Source: Pirellulales bacterium (lineage in GTDB: Bacteria > Planctomycetota > Planctomycetia > Pirellulales > PALSA-1355). From it: a DNA stretch of 64,000 nucleotides. Below are positions 1 through 10,904 of the stretch, one piece after another (within the stretch, counting starts at the first letter, position 1; each line of letters starts with the position of its first letter). The position numbers and the translations under genes are program-made. Below the pieces are notes generated by a model. It was not told the origin of the DNA and made no database searches. It saw nothing but the letters and a program-made list of their open reading frames with translations. Location of the stretch: assembly GCA_963733035.1 (NCBI GenBank), contig CAVTBU010000005.1:1344001-1408000 (forward strand), in the 5' to 3' direction.

Positions 1-2
1 GT

Positions 3-1004
3 CAGGCGGTGCTCGTCCCCACGATGACCTTCGCCGCCACCGCCGAGATCGTGCGCTACCTGGGCGGAATTCCAATTCTCGTCGACTGCGACCCTAAAAC
101 GACGAATATGGACCTGGCCGATGCCGAGCAAAAACTAGAGCTGCTGTCAGCCGGGAAGATTCCCGCCGCGGCCGGACAACAACCCGAGGTGGTCGGTATC
201 ATTCCGGTCCATGTCGGTGGCCTGATGATGGACATGCAGGCGGTGCAAAATTTTGCCGACCGCCATCATCTGTGGGTGATCGAAGACGCGGCGCACGCAT
301 TTCCAGCGGCCTGGCGTCCGTCGGCCGATCAGCCTTGGCAACGCTGTGGCGAAGGCACCTCGGCTGTCGCCTGCTATTCGTTTTACGCCAACAAGACCAT
401 CACGACCGGCGAAGGGGGGATGGCGGTAACCGAAGACGAGGAAATGGCCGCCCGCATTCGCATGATGTCGCTGCACGGTCTGTCACGCGATGCTTGGGGA
501 CGCTACTCCGGCGGCGGAAGCTGGGACTACCGCATCGTCGAAGCTGGCTACAAGTACAACCTGACCGACGTCGCTTCGGCCATCGGCGTGCATCAGTTGG
601 CAAAGGCCGAAGCAATGCGCCAGGAGCGCGAGAAGATCGTCCATTGGTACCGTCAGGCGTTGGGCGACGTCGAAGCCCTGGAGCTTCCTGAGATCCCCGA
701 GAACCGCATTCACTCCTGGCACCTTTTTCCGGTCCGTCTGCGACTCGAAAGGTTGCGGATCAACCGCAACGAGTTCTTCGACGCGATTCGCGAAGCAGGC
801 GTCGGCTGCTCAGTGCACTGGCGGCCACTGCACATGCACCCGTACTACCACGAGCGATTCGGTTGGACACCCGATCTGTTCCCGGTGGCCACGCCGCTCT
901 GGGAGCGTTCGATTAGCCTGCCGCTGTTTCCGGGTATGCGCGAAGACGAGCAGACCTACGTCGCCGAAGTCGTACGCAGTTTGTGCACGAAGCACGCTGC
1001 CTGA
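3..1004 (+). CDS. DegT/DnrJ/EryC1/StrS PLP-dependent sugar aminotransferase (5' truncated by window edge)
   Basis: VIEDAAHAF, SFYANKTITTGEGG (PLP Lys), GYKYNLTD motifs; frame open to window start. Confidence 0.95.
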   Translation, partial: QAVLVPTMTFAATAEIVRYLGGIPILVDCDPKTTNMDLADAEQKLELLSAGKIPAAAGQQPEVVGIIPVHVGGLMMDMQAVQNFADRHHLWVIEDAAHAFPAAWRPSADQPWQRCGEGTSAVACYSFYANKTITTGEGGMAVTEDEEMAARIRMMSLHGLSRDAWGRYSGGGSWDYRIVEAGYKYNLTDVASAIGVHQLAKAEAMRQEREKIVHWYRQALGDVEALELPEIPENRIHSWHLFPVRLRLERLRINRNEFFDAIREAGVGCSVHWRPLHMHPYYHERFGWTPDLFPVATPLWERSISLPLFPGMREDEQTYVAEVVRSLCTKHAA

Positions 1005-1029
1005 GCAAATTGCGCAGGGAGACCGCGGC

Positions 1030-2844
1030 ATCACGGCCATACTGGGCATCTCGGCCTTCTATCACGACTCGGCCGCCGCGATCGTTGTCGACGGCGAGAT
1101 CGTCGCGGCCGCCGAAGAAGAGCGGTTCACCCGCCAGAAGCACGACGACGGCTTTCCGCTGCACGCCATTCAGTACTGCCTTGAAGCCGCCGGGTTGACG
1201 GCCGACGAGCTTGACTACGTTGGCTTTTACGACAAGCCGTTTCTCAAGTTTGAGCGCTTGCTGGAAACGTACCTCGCCTACGCGCCAGCCGGCTTTCGCT
1301 CGTTTCTCCGCGTCCTGCCTGGCTGGCTACAGCACCGCCTGCGTGTGCCGCGCGAAGTTCGGCGCGGGCTTGGCAACGGATTTCATCATCGGATACTGTT
1401 CTCGGAGCATCACCAATCGCACGCTGCCAGCGCGTTTTTTCCCTCACCGTTTGAAAATGCGGCGATCCTGACTTTCGACGGCGTGGGAGAGTGGGCGACC
1501 GCCAGCATGGGCATTGGACGCGGCAATCAGATCTCGCTCACCCACGAGCTCCGCTTTCCCCATTCGCTGGGAATGCTCTACTCGGCGTTCACCGCGTTTT
1601 GCGGCTTCGAGGTCAATTCGGGCGAGTACAAGCTGATGGGGCTGGCTGCGTACGGCAGCCCGTGCTATGCCGACCTGATCCAGGAAAAGTTACTCGACTT
1701 GAAGCGCGACGGTTCGTTCCGCCTTGGTATGCGGTACTTTCGCTACTGCCAGGGGCTGACCATGACCTCTCCGGCGTTCGACCGATTGTTTGGCGGCCCA
1801 CCGCGTCATCCAAACTCCCCCATCACCCACCGCGAAATGGATCTGGCGGCGTCGATCCAAATGGTCACCGAGGAAATTGTTCTTCGGGCAGCCCAACACG
1901 TGCAGCAACAAACGGGGGCGGACAAACTCTGCCTGGCCGGAGGTGTGGCCCTGAACAGCGTCGCCAACGGACGACTTCTACGCGAAGGGCCGTTCAACGA
2001 CGTCTGGATTCAGCCGGCGGCCGGCGACTCCGGCGGGGCCCTTGGTGTCGCACTATTGATCTGGCATCAACTGCTCGACAAGCCGCGCGTGGCCAAGCCG
2101 CACGATGGCCAACGGGGCTCGCTCCTTGGACCCGAGTTTGACGATCACCAATGCCGCGACTTTCTCGAGGGTGTTGGCGCACCCTACACTTTTTTTGAGC
2201 GCGAAGACGATCTCTGCGACAAGGTCGCCCAACGGATTGCCGACGGCCAGGTCGTCGCGTGGTTTCAGGGCCGCATGGAATTCGGCCCACGCGCACTCGG
2301 CTCGCGCAGCATCCTGGCCGATGCTCGCAATCCGCAAATGCAATCGATCCTGAATCAGAAGGTGAAACATCGGGAAACGTTTCGCCCGTTCGCACCGGCC
2401 GTTCTTGAAGAGCTCGCGGCCGAGTACTTCGAGTTGCCGCCGGGCCGTACAAGCCCCTACATGCAACTGGTTGCTCGCGTGAGAAACACGATGGAGTCGA
2501 CCGCGAGTGATCCGGTCGAGAGCTGTCGGACTTTCAAGACAACCATGGCGTCCAGTTCGCAGATTCCCGCGGTCACACATGTCGATGGCACGGCGCGTGT
2601 ACAAACGGTTGATCGTCTCCGGCACGGTCGTTTCCGTCTCCTTGTCGAGCGATTTCATGCGCTGACGGGCATCCCGGTGTTGCTCAACACCAGCTTCAAC
2701 GTCCGCGACGAACCCATCGTTTGCACGCCGGCCGATGCATACCGCTGCTTCCAGGCAACCGCGATCGATACGCTGGTGCTGGGACGGTGCATCGTTGACA
2801 AACCCAGCGAAGGCCCAGCCCACGAAATTCATGTCACTGGTTGA
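1030..2844 (+). CDS. Carbamoyltransferase (NodU/CmcH family); apparent start codon ATC
   Basis: In-frame upstream of 1195 reads ITAILGISAFYHDSAAAIVVDGEIVAAAEEERF; EHHQSHAASAF, GRMEFGPRALGSRS, LLNTSFN motifs. Confidence 0.93.
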   Translation: MTAILGISAFYHDSAAAIVVDGEIVAAAEEERFTRQKHDDGFPLHAIQYCLEAAGLTADELDYVGFYDKPFLKFERLLETYLAYAPAGFRSFLRVLPGWLQHRLRVPREVRRGLGNGFHHRILFSEHHQSHAASAFFPSPFENAAILTFDGVGEWATASMGIGRGNQISLTHELRFPHSLGMLYSAFTAFCGFEVNSGEYKLMGLAAYGSPCYADLIQEKLLDLKRDGSFRLGMRYFRYCQGLTMTSPAFDRLFGGPPRHPNSPITHREMDLAASIQMVTEEIVLRAAQHVQQQTGADKLCLAGGVALNSVANGRLLREGPFNDVWIQPAAGDSGGALGVALLIWHQLLDKPRVAKPHDGQRGSLLGPEFDDHQCRDFLEGVGAPYTFFEREDDLCDKVAQRIADGQVVAWFQGRMEFGPRALGSRSILADARNPQMQSILNQKVKHRETFRPFAPAVLEELAAEYFELPPGRTSPYMQLVARVRNTMESTASDPVESCRTFKTTMASSSQIPAVTHVDGTARVQTVDRLRHGRFRLLVERFHALTGIPVLLNTSFNVRDEPIVCTPADAYRCFQATAIDTLVLGRCIVDKPSEGPAHEIHVTG

Positions 2845-3247
2845 ATTCAAAAACGACCCAACGGACCGCGAGGTCCGGCAGTTTGCCCAACTTTGGCTGC
2901 CGGCCGCGTGCTTTGCACTAGCCCTCTGGGCGACCTACCGCCTGCACAACGTCTCGGCAACGGTCTTCGCCGCGGTCGGATTGCTGAGCTTGCTGCTTGG
3001 CATCTCGCGCCCAAATTGGATGCGTTGGGTGTATGTCGCCTGGACCGCGGCGGCATTTCCGCTGGCCTGGCTTGTTGCATATGCTTCGGCGGCGGCTATT
3101 TATTTCCTGTTGATTGTGCCGATCGGGCTGGTTCTACGGATCGCCGGCCACGACTCGCTTGCCAGGCAGTTTGATCGTGAGGCACAATCCTACTGGACGC
3201 CGCGGCCTGTCGAGGCCGATCGCCAACAACACTTCCGCCAGTTTTAG
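2831..3247 (+). CDS. SxtJ-family membrane protein
   Basis: MSLVEFKNDPTDREVRQF start overlapping upstream gene; TM segments; C-terminal SYW...FRQF typical of carbamoyltransferase-associated SxtJ. Confidence 0.8.
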   Translation: MSLVEFKNDPTDREVRQFAQLWLPAACFALALWATYRLHNVSATVFAAVGLLSLLLGISRPNWMRWVYVAWTAAAFPLAWLVAYASAAAIYFLLIVPIGLVLRIAGHDSLARQFDREAQSYWTPRPVEADRQQHFRQF

Positions 3248-3263
3248 AGACCGCGACCCAACC

Positions 3264-3935
3264 GTGACCGACTCGGTTCCTCCTTCCGTAGCCTCTGCAA
3301 AAAAGGTCCGCGCGGTCGCGCCACCGCGGCGACCGATCTACCACGCCGCGAAACGGACGCTCGACCTGGTGGCATCCACTTGTGGGCTGCTGTTGCTCAG
3401 CCCACTGCTGTTGCTGGCAGCCCTGGCCGTGAAACTGGATTCGCCGGGTCCCGTCCTGTTCATTCAGCAGCGTGTGGGGCGGAACTTTCGAAACTTTGGG
3501 ATCTTTAAATTCCGCACGATGGTCATCGACGCTGAGAAGCAGGGGGGTCAGATCACGTTCGGCGCCGACCCGCGAATTACGCGTGTCGGTCGCGTGCTGC
3601 GCAAGACCAAACTCGACGAGCTGCCACAGCTATTGAATGTGGTGCTGGGACACATGAGCCTGGTGGGGCCGCGCCCCGAAGTGCCGCGATACGTCGATAT
3701 GTACCGAGACGACTACGCTTATGTGCTTGCGGTACGGCCGGGCCTGACGGACCTGGCCTCGCTTAAATACCGCGACGAGGCGGAGCAATTGGCTGCCAGC
3801 CTCGATCCTGCGAAAGAGTACGCCCAGCACATCTTGCCGGATAAGATCGCGCTGGCTCACGAGTACATCGACACCGCCTCGTTTGCCGGCGACCTGGGCA
3901 TCGTGCTGAAGACGTTCGTGCGGATTGCCCGCTAG
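3264..3935 (+). CDS. Bacterial sugar transferase (phosphoglycosyl transferase)
   Basis: [46 protein letters not shown]. Confidence 0.93.
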   Translation: MTDSVPPSVASAKKVRAVAPPRRPIYHAAKRTLDLVASTCGLLLLSPLLLLAALAVKLDSPGPVLFIQQRVGRNFRNFGIFKFRTMVIDAEKQGGQITFGADPRITRVGRVLRKTKLDELPQLLNVVLGHMSLVGPRPEVPRYVDMYRDDYAYVLAVRPGLTDLASLKYRDEAEQLAASLDPAKEYAQHILPDKIALAHEYIDTASFAGDLGIVLKTFVRIAR

Positions 3936-3986
3936 GAACGTCTTGAGCACGTGTACATGCCCGCGGCCGCCGGCCGCCTCGCACGC

Positions 3987-4172
3987 TCAAGATTCGTCGA
4001 CGCCGACGGGGCCGCCGAGCGATCGAGGCTCCAGTTCGTCTCGGAGCACGAGGATGTGGGGCGGGGCCTCGATGCCCAGCCTCACTTTGTCTCCTGCCAC
4101 GCGCACGACGGTTACGACGATCGAGTCGCCGAGTCTAATCCGTTCTCGCTCACGCCGGGAAAGAACCAGCAT
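3987..4172 (-). CDS. csrA: Carbon storage regulator CsrA
   Basis: MLVLSRRERERIRLGDSIVVTVVRVAGDKVRLGIEAP...VLRDEL; GGGAGG SD. Confidence 0.92.
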   Translation of the reverse strand: MLVLSRRERERIRLGDSIVVTVVRVAGDKVRLGIEAPPHILVLRDELEPRSLGGPVGVDES

Positions 4173-4312
4173 GGACCGTACCTCCCTGTATGATCGAAGT
4201 TCGTTATTAGTGAAGTTATGTATACTATTCGCGACGGAACTGTCAAGCGTGCTTTTTGACCCTTGTACGCCACGCCGCAGACATCCGAACCGCCCGTCGT
4301 CCGCTATGAACC

Positions 4313-4609
4313 TCAGGCGGCAGTGGCCTCCAGCCTCGGCGCTTCCACCAGTTGAATCTTGTGAAAGCGCTCGCCGGTTTGACCGTAGAAAAGCACCGTG
4401 TTGCGTTGTGTTTCCCAAATCGCGGTGAGCTTTACGGCCCGAGGTCCATGCAGGCAGAAGAAGATGCCGCAGGGACCGTCGGAACGAATCAGAATTCGCT
4501 CGGTTAAGGGAAACGCTTCCAGCTCAAGTTGACCTTCCAGACATAGAATGTTTTTTACGTAGATTCGCAAATCGTCCAAGGTTTGTATCACCGCGGAACA
4601 GGTGACCAT
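4313..4609 (-). CDS. Hypothetical 98-aa protein
   Basis: AGGAG SD before ATG; globular composition (PCGIFFCLHGPR, TAIWET). Confidence 0.75.
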   Translation of the reverse strand: MVTCSAVIQTLDDLRIYVKNILCLEGQLELEAFPLTERILIRSDGPCGIFFCLHGPRAVKLTAIWETQRNTVLFYGQTGERFHKIQLVEAPRLEATAA

Positions 4610-4904
4610 GGGCGCTAAGTTCTCCTTTGGGAATCGCCAGCGAGCTTGGATAAGGTGAATGCCCGCGTGCGGGATAGATAATCTGGGTTGTGCCCCAACA
4701 GGATTGCTATCGGCCGAATTCGTGCGGCTCCTGCAACAAGGAGGGTAAATTTGAGAAATCTGTTAAAATAACAGCGCGGAGCGTGTTTGCTAAAGATTTC
4801 TCGATTGCGGAGGATTTGCGACGGTACCGCCATCGACAACGGCGCGCATCACCGCGGCGATCACGATGTGATCGGAGCCTCTTCACGTGTGAGAACGCCG
4901 CCCG

Positions 4905-5838
4905 TTATTTCGAGTATTCCTCGAACACCTCGGCAACGTGCCCCTGCTTCTCATCCCCTTTGTGCAGAAGCACGCGATAGCGAAGTTTCAACGTCTCGCC
5001 CTCGGGCAACGTGTACTCACCATGTTTCTTGCCATGCGTGAAGTCGTTCAGTCCGAACGGATTCGCTGCAAATAGGCCGTAGGTTCGCACGTGCCAGTAC
5101 GTGGGGAAGCGGAAGCTGGTAGGGTGATTGAGGATGGCAATGCCGACGGTTTCATCGTCGACGGGGCCATGATAATCGACCCAGGCGGCGGGTTTGCCCC
5201 AGGCCATCAGATTCGTTTGACCTTCGCTATTGACAATCTTTCCGCCTTTTTTTGATTCGACGCGCATGCTCGAGGGAACACGAACGCCAAATGAACCTTC
5301 CTTCGTGTCGCCAAACGTGACCGGGCCGGCGGTGGCCTTGATTTCGATATCCGCGTCGATCCAGCGCGCGTCTTGGTCACCACCGAAAGTGAACTTGCGC
5401 TCGTCCTGGCAAATTAACTTGCTGCCGTCCGGACTCAGCCAATCGTTGCGCGTAATGAGCACCGCCTCCGGACCACCTTCGGCCCGCACAAACTCGCGAT
5501 GTTCGATGCGGCCTTTTCCCTCGCTCCAAAAATCGATGCCGTTCACGTCGCCGTGCGTGAACCACAGCGATCGCTGATGAATATGATCGCGATCCGTTTC
5601 GCCGGGCACATCCTGTTCGAGCGGCCAGGAACGGGTCATTTTTTTCCCCGTGGGGCCGTACAGGGGCCAGATAATCGGCTTACTGCCGGATTTGACCAGG
5701 TACTCGGCGAAGGGCTGGCCGTCGATCTTCACGGCTTTGCCCTGGGGAGTGTCTTCAACGGTCAATTCGGCGGCGCACTGCGCGATTTGTCGCGAAGAAC
5801 AGGAGCAGGGCTGCGAGCAGGGCAAAAAAGCGGGGCAT
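4905..5838 (-). CDS. Secreted DUF6807/PmoA-like family protein; frameshift near 5790
   Basis: Signal peptide MPRFFALLAALLLFFA in one frame, then body with DHIHQRSLWFTHG, GDTKEG, WHVRTYGLFAANPFG in another. Confidence 0.82.
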
Positions 5839-5932
5839 GATGGCAAACTCCAAGGGGTGCGAGAATGCCACTATGTTAACCGCTGCCGCGGGCCGTTTCA
5901 GCCCCCGTCGGCCGCCGGAATTCTGGCGCTAC

Positions 5933-6691
5933 CTACCGGCGGCTCAAGCTTCCGGAGGGTGGGGCCAGAAAGGCCTTGAAATCGACTTCGTCGAACGTTG
6001 CCAGTTGATTGGCGGTTTTTGCCATCCGCTTGTGGTCGCTGTCCAGCAGTCGCCACGTGACGTAGTGCTCGGTGCGCGCCGACACGGCCCGGGTATTGAG
6101 CTGCACTTCCGTGGGAACCAAGCCCCGTTTGGCCAACTCGGCGTTGACGCTCAAACGCGGAAACGGCGGCGTCGAGCCAGGGTTGGCCATCGTATTGAAA
6201 CGAGCGTACCAGTCCGAGAACTCGCGATACTGCTGGGTCGCGCTGTCTGAGGGTGCTGCCATGGTCTGCAACTTGTAGGTCATCTGGGGACTCGAGAGCG
6301 TTAGCTCGCCATCCTCGGAAAACTCCACGTCGAATTGCGGGTCGGCCGCGAACTTCATGTTGGGGTTCGAACTCTTGGCCGCCAGGTCGTGCAACTCGTC
6401 TACCAATTTACGCACGTCGTCCGCCTTTACCTCGGCTTTGACCCTTTTTACCGGGTCGAGCACGACGAATCGTCCTCCCCGTTGATCGAACACCACGATT
6501 CGCGCCGAGCCACTGTCCATGTAGTCGTAGACATAGCCCGCCCGAAAGAGCGTCGTGTTCTGACTGATCGGGTTCTTGCTCTTGCCGGAGTAAACCTTGG
6601 TCTCAATGCGAAAATCGTCGGCGGGCACACGTGCGGCACATGCGCCGAGAACGACGGCGAGAATGGCCAGCTTGGCGGCGGAGTGGCGCAT
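5933..6691 (-). CDS. Secreted hypothetical protein
   Basis: AGGAG SD; signal peptide MRHSAAKLAILAVVLGACAARVPA; 252-aa globular ORF. Confidence 0.8.
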   Translation of the reverse strand: MRHSAAKLAILAVVLGACAARVPADDFRIETKVYSGKSKNPISQNTTLFRAGYVYDYMDSGSARIVVFDQRGGRFVVLDPVKRVKAEVKADDVRKLVDELHDLAAKSSNPNMKFAADPQFDVEFSEDGELTLSSPQMTYKLQTMAAPSDSATQQYREFSDWYARFNTMANPGSTPPFPRLSVNAELAKRGLVPTEVQLNTRAVSARTEHYVTWRLLDSDHKRMAKTANQLATFDEVDFKAFLAPPSGSLSRR

Positions 6692-7111
6692 GTCGTGGCT
6701 CCTGAGTCGGAAACGGCGAACACTTTTCCGGGGGCGGGAAGGGTACAAGAATGGTCCCCCAAGTGTAAAGGGGAGTCTGCCCCGCCCCGCGAATTCGCCG
6801 CTGCCAGACCTTTGCCGGGCCACGCTTGTTGCCCGCCGTCGCACATCCAGTCCGGCATGCCTGGGCGACCGCTAAAGCCGGCAAAATTGCCCCCAAATCT
6901 GCCTGCACGGCATGCAAACGGAGATTGGGCACGTTATGTTTAATAGCTCGACCACCGAGGTGGTGCCTCGATCCTTTCTCTCGGCGAGGTGCGTGGTCGC
7001 GGCGGTTCGACACCACCAATTCGGGTTCGCACGTTCTCGAACTCCGCACCGCTTGCCATACCGGGCGCGGGCGGCCAGCATGCAGCCAGCACCAAAAGGA
7101 CACTTGCAACG

Positions 7112-8431
7112 ATGGCGATCGAGTTAGAACAGGCAATTGAAGACAAGCAGGCCGTCGTGGGAATCATCGGCCTGGGCTATGTCGGGCTTCCCCTGATTCG
7201 GGCCTTCATCGCGGCCGGATACCGCACGATGGGTTACGACGTTGACGCCAGCAAGGTCGAAAAGCTGCTCGCCGGACAAAGTTATATCGGCCATATTCCG
7301 TCGGCGTGGATCAACGACTGCGTACAAAGCAAGAAACTCATCCCAACCGCCGACATGTCGCGGCTGGCCGAAGCCGACGCCTTGCTCATCTGTGTGCCCA
7401 CTCCCCTGTCCGATAGCCGCGATCCCGACTTGAGTTACGTCGAAGCGACGGCTCGTCACATTGCCGCCGCCCTGCGACCAGGACAGCTCGTGGTACTGGA
7501 GAGCACCACCTATCCGGGGACAACCCGCGACGTCGTCGCACCGATTCTTGCCGAGCGTGGCCTAAAACTGGGCACCGATTATTTCGTGGCCTATAGCCCC
7601 GAGCGTGAAGACCCGGGCAACCCCGACTACACGGCCGGCGGCATTCCCAAGGTCGTGGGCGGTATGGAACCGACCAGCGCCCGACTCGCCGGGTCCCTGT
7701 ATTCGAAAGCGGTGGTGAATATCGTTCCGGTGTCGAGCTGTGAAGTTGCCGAAGCCTGTAAGATCCTGGAAAACACCTACCGCTCGGTGAACATCGCGAT
7801 GGTCAACGAACTCAAGATGCTCTTCGATCGGCTGGACATTGACGTGTGGGAAGTGATCGACGCCGCCAAGACCAAGCCGTTTGGCTTTCAGGCCTTTTAT
7901 CCGGGGCCAGGCCTCGGCGGCCACTGCATTCCCATCGATCCGTTTTATCTGAGCTGGGTGGCGCGCAAACATGGCATGACCACCCGCTTCATTGAAGTGG
8001 CCGGCGAAATCAACACCGGCATGCCGAAGTACGTCATCCATCGCTTGATGGAAGCTCTCAACGATGCCGGCAAACCAGTCAAGGGGAGCAAGATTTGCGT
8101 GCTTGGAGTGGCCTACAAGAAGGACGTCGACGATCCGCGCGAAAGCCCCTCGTTCGAATTGATGGAACTACTCACCGCGGCGCATGCCCAACTTTCGTAT
8201 AACGACCCGCATGTGCCCAAGCTCCCTAAGATGCGCCACCACGAGTTGCCGGCAATGGCGAGTTCGGAATTAACGCCCGAATTCCTGGCCAGCCAGGATT
8301 GTGTCTTGATTGCCACGGATCACTCGGCGTACGACTACGATTTCATTGTCAAACATGCGAAGATGGTCGTCGATACGCGCAATGCGACCAAGTGCGTGCG
8401 TACAGGCCGTGAAAAGATCCGCAAAGCATAG
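7112..8431 (+). CDS. Nucleotide-sugar dehydrogenase (UDP-GlcNAc 6-dehydrogenase, WbpA-like)
   Basis: GLGYVGLP, ICVPTP, ESTTYPGTT, GPGLGGHCIPIDP, YKKDVDDPRESP. Confidence 0.95.
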   Translation: MAIELEQAIEDKQAVVGIIGLGYVGLPLIRAFIAAGYRTMGYDVDASKVEKLLAGQSYIGHIPSAWINDCVQSKKLIPTADMSRLAEADALLICVPTPLSDSRDPDLSYVEATARHIAAALRPGQLVVLESTTYPGTTRDVVAPILAERGLKLGTDYFVAYSPEREDPGNPDYTAGGIPKVVGGMEPTSARLAGSLYSKAVVNIVPVSSCEVAEACKILENTYRSVNIAMVNELKMLFDRLDIDVWEVIDAAKTKPFGFQAFYPGPGLGGHCIPIDPFYLSWVARKHGMTTRFIEVAGEINTGMPKYVIHRLMEALNDAGKPVKGSKICVLGVAYKKDVDDPRESPSFELMELLTAAHAQLSYNDPHVPKLPKMRHHELPAMASSELTPEFLASQDCVLIATDHSAYDYDFIVKHAKMVVDTRNATKCVRTGREKIRKA

Positions 8432-8527
8432 TCGGCCGGCGCTTCATGCCTGGGACCGTCCTATGCTTAAACTGCACGCAATATGGGGCGACGCCGACCT
8501 CGCGCAAACTTCGGATAACAGATTCCC

Positions 8528-9502
8528 ATGGCAGCCAATAAACGCGTACTCGTGACCGGTGGGGCCGGCTTTCTCGGCTCGCATCTTTGCGAACGGCTGG
8601 TTGCCGAGAAGCACGACGTCATCTGCGTCGACAATTTTTTCACCAGCCAAAAGTCGAACGTCGCTCACCTGCTCGATTTTCCCAACTTCGAACTCGTGCG
8701 ACACGACGTCACTCAGCCAATCTGGCTCGAAGTCGACGAAATTTACAATCTGGCTTGTCCCGCCTCGCCAGGGCATTACCAGTTCAATCCGATCAAAACC
8801 GCCAAGACCTCCGTGTTGGGTGCCATCCATGTGCTCGGCATGGCCAAGCGCTGCAAAGCAAAAGTGCTGCAAGCTTCGACGAGCGAGGTCTATGGCGACC
8901 CGGAAGTTCATCCGCAAACCGAATCCTACCGGGGCGCGGTCAATCCCATCGGTCCGCGGGCCTGCTACGACGAGGGCAAGCGGCTTGCCGAAACGCTATT
9001 CATGGACTATTGGCGCGCCAACGGCGTGAATATTCGTATCGTGCGCATCTTCAACACCTATGGCGAGCGGATGCATCCTTTCGACGGTCGCGTCGTTTCG
9101 AACTTCATCCGCCAGGCGCTCGGCGGCGAAGCCATCACGATCTTTGGCAACGGCGACCAAACCCGCTCGTTCTGCTATCGCGACGACCTGGTCGACGGCA
9201 TGATGCGGATGATGAACGGACCGGATGATTTCGTCGGGCCCGTGAATCTCGGCAACCCCGACGAGTTCACCATCTTGGAGCTGGCCCAACTGGTGCTCGA
9301 GCTGACCGGTTCGAAGTCGAAGCTCGTATACAAGCCGCTACCGGCCGACGATCCCACCAAGCGTCGACCAGATATTACGCTGGCCAAGGAACATCTCGGT
9401 TGGGAACCAAAAGTTCGCTTGGCCGAGGGGCTCAAGCGCACGATCGACTGGTTCCGTACGATCGACCTGGCCGACTACCGCCCGCCCACGCCGAACCACT
9501 AG
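8528..9502 (+). CDS. UDP-glucuronate decarboxylase (UDP-xylose synthase)
   Basis: [42 protein letters not shown]. Confidence 0.93.
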   Translation: MAANKRVLVTGGAGFLGSHLCERLVAEKHDVICVDNFFTSQKSNVAHLLDFPNFELVRHDVTQPIWLEVDEIYNLACPASPGHYQFNPIKTAKTSVLGAIHVLGMAKRCKAKVLQASTSEVYGDPEVHPQTESYRGAVNPIGPRACYDEGKRLAETLFMDYWRANGVNIRIVRIFNTYGERMHPFDGRVVSNFIRQALGGEAITIFGNGDQTRSFCYRDDLVDGMMRMMNGPDDFVGPVNLGNPDEFTILELAQLVLELTGSKSKLVYKPLPADDPTKRRPDITLAKEHLGWEPKVRLAEGLKRTIDWFRTIDLADYRPPTPNH

Positions 9503-9912
9503 TTTGACTGCCGCAGTTGCCGTACGGCGGCAAAAAGACCCAAACCTAACGCGGCACCGAGCACATCGGCGCACCAATCCAATACGTCAGCATGCCGGCC
9601 GAACGCGGGTTGGGTCACCTCGTCAAGCGATCCATGCACGGCCAAAAGCGCCAGCAGCCCGAGCATCGCTCGCCACCCAAGTCTCCAACGGAGCGACCAG
9701 GCCAAGGCGGCCAACAGCGCCAACAGCGCATACGCCAGGAAGTGCACCAACTTGTCGGACGGCCGAAATTGGAACGGTTCCGGCACACGCGGAAGATGTG
9801 TTGACGTAACAAGCGCCACCCAATAGCAGAACAGCACCGCCGCCGCCGCGCGGGCAAGCCAGCGCGCACGCCCAGACGCGTCGCGCTGCTGGGTCGGGTT
9901 TGGCGTGGTCAT
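9499..9912 (-). CDS. VanZ-family membrane protein
   Basis: [28 protein letters not shown] motifs; TM segments. Confidence 0.85.
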   Translation of the reverse strand: MTTPNPTQQRDASGRARWLARAAAAVLFCYWVALVTSTHLPRVPEPFQFRPSDKLVHFLAYALLALLAALAWSLRWRLGWRAMLGLLALLAVHGSLDEVTQPAFGRHADVLDWCADVLGAALGLGLFAAVRQLRQSN

Positions 9913-10046
9913 GGACACAAGCGGGCCAAATGAAATGCCGCGGCAATCGTGCTATAAAGGTAGCGTAAACCAGCACACGCTGTTACCCCGAGTTCGTTTT
10001 CATTTCGAACTGACTGACGTCCAACCACCAGCCAGATGCCCAAATC

Positions 10047-10823
10047 ATGACCACGTCGACGCAATTCACGCCCCGCGAGTTGGCCCAATATCAGGAGGAT
10101 GGCTTCCTGCTCGTGCCGGGACTATTCGACACCCAGGAGATGCAGATCCTCCTCAACTACGCCAAGAGCGACCAGGCGCTACTTGCCGGCGCGTCGGGCC
10201 GCAAGGACGCCACGGGCCAGATCACGAAGCTCACGCTTTGGAACGAGGCTGGCGACGACCTGTACGGAATGTTCTCGCGATCACCGCGAATCGTCGATCG
10301 CATGGAACAGATTCTCGGCGGCGAGGTTTACCATTACCACACCAAGATGATGCTCAAGGAGCCGCGGGTCGGTGGAGCCTGGGAATGGCATCAGGACTAT
10401 GGCTATTGGTACCACAACGGCTGCCTGTATCCGCTGCTGGCAAGCTGCTTGATCGCCGTCGACCGAGCCACTCGCCAAAACGGCTGCCTGCAAGTGCTGA
10501 AAGGCTCGCATCGGATGGGACGCGTTGACCACGGCAAGAGCGGCGACCAGACCGGCGCTGATATGGAAGTGGTTCAGGCCGCGATGGAACGACTGGAGTT
10601 GGTTTACGTCGAGGCAAATCCGGGCGATGCGGTATTCTTCCACTGCAACCTGTTGCACCGTTCGGATCAAAACACTTCGCCCGATCCCCGCTGGTCGCTG
10701 ATTTGCTGCTACAATGCCGCCCGCAACAACCCCTACAAGGAATCGCGCCACCCTCGCTATTCGCCACTATCGAAGGTAAGCGACACGGCGATCAAGGACT
10801 GGAAGGCCCTGCCCACCGGTTAA
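10047..10823 (+). CDS. Phytanoyl-CoA dioxygenase family Fe(II)/2OG dioxygenase
   Basis: WHQDYGYW, NGCLQVLKGSH, GDAVFFHCNLLHRS. Confidence 0.93.
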   Translation: MTTSTQFTPRELAQYQEDGFLLVPGLFDTQEMQILLNYAKSDQALLAGASGRKDATGQITKLTLWNEAGDDLYGMFSRSPRIVDRMEQILGGEVYHYHTKMMLKEPRVGGAWEWHQDYGYWYHNGCLYPLLASCLIAVDRATRQNGCLQVLKGSHRMGRVDHGKSGDQTGADMEVVQAAMERLELVYVEANPGDAVFFHCNLLHRSDQNTSPDPRWSLICCYNAARNNPYKESRHPRYSPLSKVSDTAIKDWKALPTG

Positions 10824-10904
10824 GGCCCCCATTACACGCATCGCAACGTTTTACGCGCCCGGCTGGCTCTCTCTCACTGAATTTCTTTCACCGGCAATCA
10901 CCTC

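Noticed and set aside
1030..3247. Saxitoxin cluster
   Set aside because: Only generic SxtI/SxtJ-like homologues; no sxtA/sxtG; context is glycan biosynthesis
4905..5838. Methane monooxygenase (family often labelled PmoA)
   Set aside because: Soluble secreted beta-rich protein with no TM helices and no pmoB/pmoC nearby
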